Below are positions 29,015 through 31,162 of a stretch of DNA of 31,162 bases, piece by piece. The notes beneath the pieces are model-generated. The model searched no databases. It had not been told where the DNA came from and was given only the letters and a program-made list of their open reading frames with translations. Every line of letters begins with the position of its first letter. Positions within the stretch are counted from its first letter, which is position 1. This DNA is from a virus. Taxonomy: Duplodnaviria; Heunggongvirae; Uroviricota; Caudoviricetes. The stretch lies in IMG/VR virus record IMGVR_UViG_2582580984_000003; one strand, given 5' to 3'. Made by a program: the position numbers and the translations under genes.

Positions 29015-30085
29015 AGCCTGCTTCTCCTTGCCTTTCGGCACGTAAGAGGCTAACCTACATGTGTCTAGCATGAAATTGGCCTCAGATTAATGTTAAGCGT
29101 CTTGCAGGACGCGTAATGTTAACTGGGGCTTTTCTCTATCTGCCGTTGGTGTTCATGCCCGAGGCAGATAGCCTCAAGCACCCGCAGCCATTCTACTTAA
29201 CTACCGTTACCTCGCCAATGTGAAATCAGTCAGAAAGGCGATCCATAAGAACAATAGCAAGACAATAAATCGCCATTACAGCCGTAATAGCCAGCGCACA
29301 TTTGAGAACCAGCACCACAACCTCCTGTATTGGACGTACACCAGTCCTGATGAATATGAGGCTGTCTCGTCAGTGATTCAATACAACTATTGGGTATAGT
29401 TTCTCTGATTTTTTCTGTGGAAATGGGGCTCAACCACTAGTCATTTAATACGCAAAGTCCGACACAAGCTAACCTTCTAGTCCGCTTTGAGCGATGAGCG
29501 GACATCGACTTTAAAAAACACTAGCGTAAACAGGAAGGCAGTTATGATCCAGAATGAATACTCACTACCTCTTTGACTAAAATGATGATAAGTGCTCATT
29601 TGATGATAATTAACATGTTTTTTAATAATTAAAGCTAACATAATAATTTAACGAATATTCTTTGCTTTCTGAATAATAAACCTAGAGCAAACTAAATGAC
29701 ATCACCAGGACTTAACACCATAGGGTTGGTTTCGAATATTCTTGGCGTGATATTAATTTTTCTTTTGATTACCACAATCCTCTCATAATGAGGGAGTGTC
29801 ACTGGCATTGGAAGATAATACGCAATTGAATGATGGAACTACTGTCAAATAAAAGAACTTAAAAACAAAAAAAGAAGTATATTTACAATATCTTTCGTAT
29901 ACTTAGCGTTAGCATTAATGTTCACGGATTCGTATTGCAATTCTTATCAATTCTACCTGACTTGCAAATTTAATTGACTCGTAACATCTGCAACCCCACA
30001 TTTAACAAAAAGCAGATAGAATAATTGAAGGATATAGTCTAGCTAAGTTAAATGTGGGTGCGTTTTATTTTACATCAATATATTT

Positions 30086-30928
30086 TTAATTTACAAAACC
30101 GAAATCCAGACACTTTTTATAGCTGTTAGGGTGAAGATCTTTAAGGTCTTTTAAAAAACCTTTATCAAGTGTTAAAATCAAAGTGTCTGGCATATTTAGA
30201 GAAATAACTATTAGAAAGTCAAATATGTCATTTTTTCGTAATTTACGACCATTTTTATATGCATCCTCAACCTTGCTCATTAGAAAGCTCAACGAATTCT
30301 TAGTAAGCCCACGAGCGCCAGAAATCCCCTCCTCCATTTCTTTCAGGTAGTTATCAACTACTGATTCGTGTTTTTTTTTGCAGGCAAGGGATATTGGATT
30401 CTCCATATATTTTTTAAACTTTTTATCAAAATTATCATTTTTTATACTATCATACAGATTTTTGAGTCTGTCTTGGCTTCCGGAAATGTTAACTGTGTCA
30501 GTTTTAATCATATGATAGTTGACATGAAAAGCATGTAGGAGTCCGATAAGCATGGTTTCAAAAGCTTTCAAAGCTGATTGCTGCTCATTTCCATTAATAT
30601 ATCCATTCCGCAACTCATCTTTAAAGAAGTCTAAAATTAATTCCATATTAGATTCAAGTAGAGTCTGCACAAGACTAAGTTGACTTTGATTTTGTACATC
30701 GTTATCAAACTTGTATCCATCTTCTCTAATAACCTCAAACAAACCAGAGACAACCAGTATGAGTATGAACCTATAAAACTCAGCCTCTCTAGATATTTTT
30801 AGTGCTCTAACATTATCAATAATATCTTTTACTTCGTCTATTTTGTCTGAAAAATGCAACCTATAAAGAAATTCATTTGAGATTGGAGTATAGACTGGCC
30901 CCCTGAATCTCCAGACAACCAATATCAC
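30086..30928 (-). pseudogene. AT-rich ORF of unknown function, 5' end interrupted by IS2
   Basis: 280-codon frame with low GC; its first 13 codons (30891..30928) are encoded by the IS2 terminal sequence, so the native 5' end is displaced. No recognisable domain. Confidence 0.45.
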
Positions 30929-31162
30929 TTAAATAAGTGATAGTCTTAATACTAGTTTTTAGACTAGTCATTGGAGAGCAGATGATTGATGTCTTAGGAC
31001 CGGAGAAACGCAGACGGCGTACTACACAGGAAAAGATCGCTATTGTTCAGCAGAGTTTTGAACCGGGAATGACGGTCTCCCTTGTTGCCCGGCAACACGG
31101 TGTGGCAGCCAGCCAGTTATTTCTCTGGCGCAAGCAATACCAGGAGGGAAGTCTTACTGCTG
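30891..31162 (+). mobile_element. IS2 (IS3 family) left end, truncated by the window edge
   Basis: Sequence from TAGACTGGCCCCCTGAATCTCCAGACAACC through the insC start matches the IS2 left terminus as recalled. Confidence 0.9.
30982..31162 (+). CDS. insC: IS2 transposase OrfA (InsC), N-terminal part
   Basis: ATG at 30982; translation [60 protein letters not shown]; runs off the window end. Confidence 0.9.

Noticed and set aside
28859-29071. 70-aa version of hok with an in-frame 19-residue N-terminal extension
   Set aside because: Hok-family toxins are ~50 aa and the internal ATG at 29014 has an AAGGAG RBS; the extension may still matter for regulation (see finding).
29072-29229. relE/relB remnant upstream of hok
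   Set aside because: Three-frame reading of the minus strand shows nothing resembling the RelE C-terminus.
29230-29433. 67-codon minus-strand ORF with a Gly/Cys-rich C-terminus
   Set aside because: Begins with TTG and has no RBS; the only in-frame ATG has AGGAGG too far upstream (19 nt). Could be a microcin-like peptide but the evidence is too weak to call.

Overview
This window is the late region of a lambdoid (lambda / phage-21 / Qin-like) enterobacterial prophage, with essentially every gene on the minus strand. Reading in the direction of transcription (high to low coordinates): an orphan hok toxin, nin-region genes (rem-like, a 92-aa ORF, DUF968/YdfU-like, rusA), antiterminator Q with a pR'-like promoter and tR'-like terminator, tRNA-Ile(CAU) and tRNA-Arg(UCU), a cargo locus with a 117-codon unknown ORF and two lipoproteins carrying a TolA domain-III-like C-terminus, a phage-21-type lysis cassette (dual-start pinholin, YdfR-like, SAR endolysin, Rz with embedded Rz1), cspI and gnsB-like morons, a lambda-like cos site, terminase Nu1/A, W, portal, a ClpP-like protease fused to the major capsid protein, two small head genes, and a lambda-like tail module (Z, U, V, G/G-T, H, M, L, K, I, J) followed by lom. 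At the right edge an AT-rich ORF is interrupted by the left end of IS2, and no immunity or replication genes are present in the window. The most interesting candidate is the TolA-III-like lipoprotein pair sitting in the Q-S cargo slot where Stx phages carry stx. All calls come from reading the sequence and recalled protein families; no database search was run, and protein identities rest on remembered similarity.
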